Part shown: piece by piece, positions 61,512 to 64,000 of the stretch
Layout of the letters: each line of letters opens with the position of its first letter
Position numbering within the stretch: position 1 is the first letter of the stretch
Assembly: GCA_030704615.1 (NCBI GenBank)
Contig: CM060734.1
Coordinates: 24,490,001 to 24,554,000, forward strand
DNA length: 64,000 nucleotides
DNA from: Takakia lepidozioides
Lineage: Eukaryota; Plantae; Bryophyta
Direction: 5' to 3'
Notes under the pieces: model-generated
What the model was told of the DNA's origin: nothing
The model's database searches: none
The model's input: only the letters and a program-made list of their open reading frames with translations
Position numbers and translations under genes: made by a program

Positions 61512-63390
61512 GACAGATGAACTTCGGCGCCGAATCTCATCCAAGTCCTCCCTTCTAATTTTCCTTTTTCTTCGCGAGCAATGAATTTCGGCGCCGAAAT
61601 TCATCCGAAGTCCTCCCGAATTTATTTTTTTCTCCGCGAGCAATGAATTTCGGCGCCGAAATTCATCCGAAGTCCTCCCGAAAATTTTTTTTTTCTTCGG
61701 GAGCAATGAATTTCGGCGCCGAAATTCATCCGAAGTCCTCCCGATTTTTTTTTTTTCTTCGGGAGCAATGAATTTCGGCGCCGAAATTCATCCGAAGTCC
61801 TCCCGATTATTTTTTTTCTTCGCGAGCAATGAATTTCGGCGCCGAAATTCATCCGAAGTCCTCCCGAAATTCATTTTTTTTCTTTGCGAGCAATGAATTT
61901 CGGCGCCGAAATTCAACCGACTCCATCCCTCCAAATTCTTTTCAGGGTTTGAGCGCCGGATTTCGGCGCCGAAATTCATCCAATGCCCTCCCTCCAATAT
62001 TTATTTTTCTTTGAAAAGGATGAATTTCGGCGCCGAAATTCATCCAGAGCGAAGACTAAATCGGCACCATGCTATGCTTTGCCGCCATCATTGCCCCTCA
62101 CGGATGCTGTCCATGCCTGTTGGACTTGCCATTTCTGGACATTTAACTATAATTTCGGCGCCGAAATTATACTTTATGTGCGGCAACGTCCCGTGCGAAA
62201 AAGACCACTTAATGGATACTGTCGGTTTCAAATGAAAAAAACGGCTAAAATACAATTAATTTTGACAGAATGGGTTCAATATGCCGATTTCTCCATTAAA
62301 TGCAGAATATTCCTGTTATCTTCGTCGGAAGGGGGTATTTCCAACGATTTACAGAAAATTATATCATCCAGAAGCAAATAGTAAGTGTCGGGTTTGGACG
62401 AATTTCGGCGCCGAAATTCATCCGTCGCATAGAAAATGTAATATTAGAGTTACTCATTGCGGACAGTAAGGATGAATTTCGGCGCCGAAATTCATCCTTT
62501 TCAAAGAAAAATAAATATTGGAGGGAGGGCATTGGATGAATTTCGGCGCCGAAATCCGGCGCTCAAACCTTGAAAAGAATTTGGAGGGATGGAGTCGGTT
62601 GAATTTCGGCGCCGAAATTCATTGCTCGCGAAAAAAAAAAAAATTCGGGAGGACTTCGGATGAATTTCGGCGCCGAAATTCATTGCTCGCGAAGAAAAAT
62701 AAAAATCAGGAGGACTTCGGATGAATTTCGGCGCCGAAATTCATTGCTCCCGAAGAAAAAAAAAATTCCGGGAGGACTTCGGATGAATTTCGGCGCCGAA
62801 ATTCATTGCTCCCGAAGAAAAAAAAAAAATTCGGGAGGACTTCGGATGAATTTCGGCGCCGAAATTCATTGCTCGCGGAGAAAAAAATAAATTCGGGAGC
62901 ACTCTGGATGAATTTCGGCGCCGAAATTCATTGCTCGCGAAGAAAAAGGAAAATTAGAAGGGAGGACTTGGATGAGATTCGGCGCCGAAGTTCATCTGTC
63001 GCAAAGGAAAAAAAAAAAAAAATACTTCAGATGAATGTCGGCGCCGAAATATGGATGAAATGTGCCCAAGTGCAGCCGTTTCCACTGTTCCGGAATTAAT
63101 TCCGGCTCCGATATCCCACTGACAGGTTTGCTCATGACGAATGAGGACTTGGGAAGCGATGAATTGCGGCGCCGAAATTTGTAAGTTTGTGTACGAAAGC
63201 ACTTGAATAGGATGAATTTTGGCGCCGAAATTCATCCGTCCGCTGATGAAACGTACCGACCTGACTGTTGAATGTCATAGGCAGGGGATTTTCATGGTGG
63301 TTGGGTTTCATGATGTGCGGATATTTCATTCAATGTCGGCTGCTCCGGGAACAGCATCCGGTGAACGGAAGGTATTTCGGTGCCGCAATT
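61069..63390. repeat. Family C palindrome array, ~25-30 copies of GATGAATTTCGGCGCCGAAATTCATC, arranged as a long inverted repeat
   Basis: Starts at 61517, 61581, 61643, 61706, 61768, 61829, 61893, 61956, 62020 (~63-bp period); arms ~61446-62045 and ~62470-63050 are reverse complements. Confidence 0.97.
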
Positions 63391-64000
63391 CGGATAAACC
63401 ATCTTGTACTGGTGGCTGGAACTGGCACGCGTCGTGTTCCAGTCGACTTCATCCGTGCGAACGTGTCAGGGGTCACAATCTCTTCATCACCCATACGGCA
63501 GAAAGTGGTGGACGGTGGCAACGTTTCGGGAGACGTGGCTGCTTACACATCTGCTCGTGTAGAGTGGTTGCATGTTCCACCGCTTCGCTCTCTCGCTCCT
63601 TGCCCTTCTGCAGTGACATTCTCCTGCGTTTCCTCTCCTTATGCGGCATAGTGGTAGCATAGAGTTTGTGGAAGGTCAGGTGACTCCGGCAAAGAGAAGG
63701 AGGACGCGGGATTTTGGGAAGCCGCCGACGACACGACTTAAGCTCCGTCTCATGCATGAAATGTAGACCTCGTTATCCGGAGACTCGGATCGCCCACCAG
63801 TGAGAGATTCATGCTTTGCGGATGTGAAGCACTCCATACGCAATATTCCTTTTACACCTTTTTTTTTGCGTGCAGTGTCTCATGTTTTCCTGTTTGTTTG
63901 ACATGGGAGCTGGGGAGGGATCGCAGGGGGGCGAAGCAACACAGTCAACTTTGGATACTCCTGCCCGGGTGCTGCGCTCGCAAGGTGGAAGTGCATCGAG

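Larger units (their letters stand above)
58192..64000. mobile_element. MULE family C, one end (runs out of the window), inserted in the DNMT-Gypsy
   Basis: GGGGGTTGCTATTCCATGAGC plus ATGAGC subterminal repeats match the family A TIR; contains an RWNCC gene, a SWIM exon and a palindrome array. Confidence 0.85.

Noticed and set aside
63219-64000. Upstream exons of the family C transposase
   Set aside because: No frame I translated gave convincing similarity to the A or B transposases.

Overview
Eukaryotic, spliceosomal-intron-containing plant DNA (bryophyte-like by my impression of the TE families; not provable from this window). It is almost entirely nested transposable elements after a disabled kinesin-1 gene (1-2625). 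Contents: an internally deleted Ty1/Copia element with both LTRs and a TSD; a 3' LINE fragment with RNase H, CCHC and restriction-like endonuclease (Dualen/RandI-like); two truncated Ty3/Gypsy pieces; a Ty3/Gypsy whose pol carries a complete C5-cytosine methyltransferase domain and a PHD finger; and four copies (three families: A1/A2, B, C) of a large Mutator-like (MULE) DNA transposon. The MULEs are the main discovery. The near-complete copy (19482-34612, TIR to TIR) carries a GCM-like/MULE/SWIM transposase, a divergently oriented intron-containing gene fusing a ParB/Sulfiredoxin-like domain (WDGNHR) to a beta-class N4C/N6A DNA-methyltransferase fold, two copies of an unknown 'RWNCC' protein, and dozens of 22-bp palindromes (GGAAATGCGGYRCCGCATTTCC), the main array phased at 53 bp. 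Each family has its own palindrome arms around a shared CGGYRCCG core. I infer a ParB/parS-like, family-specific self-recognition or epigenetic marking system inside a plant DNA transposon. Domain calls come from motif recognition by eye. Many ORFs are frameshifted, through decay or indel errors in the assembly.
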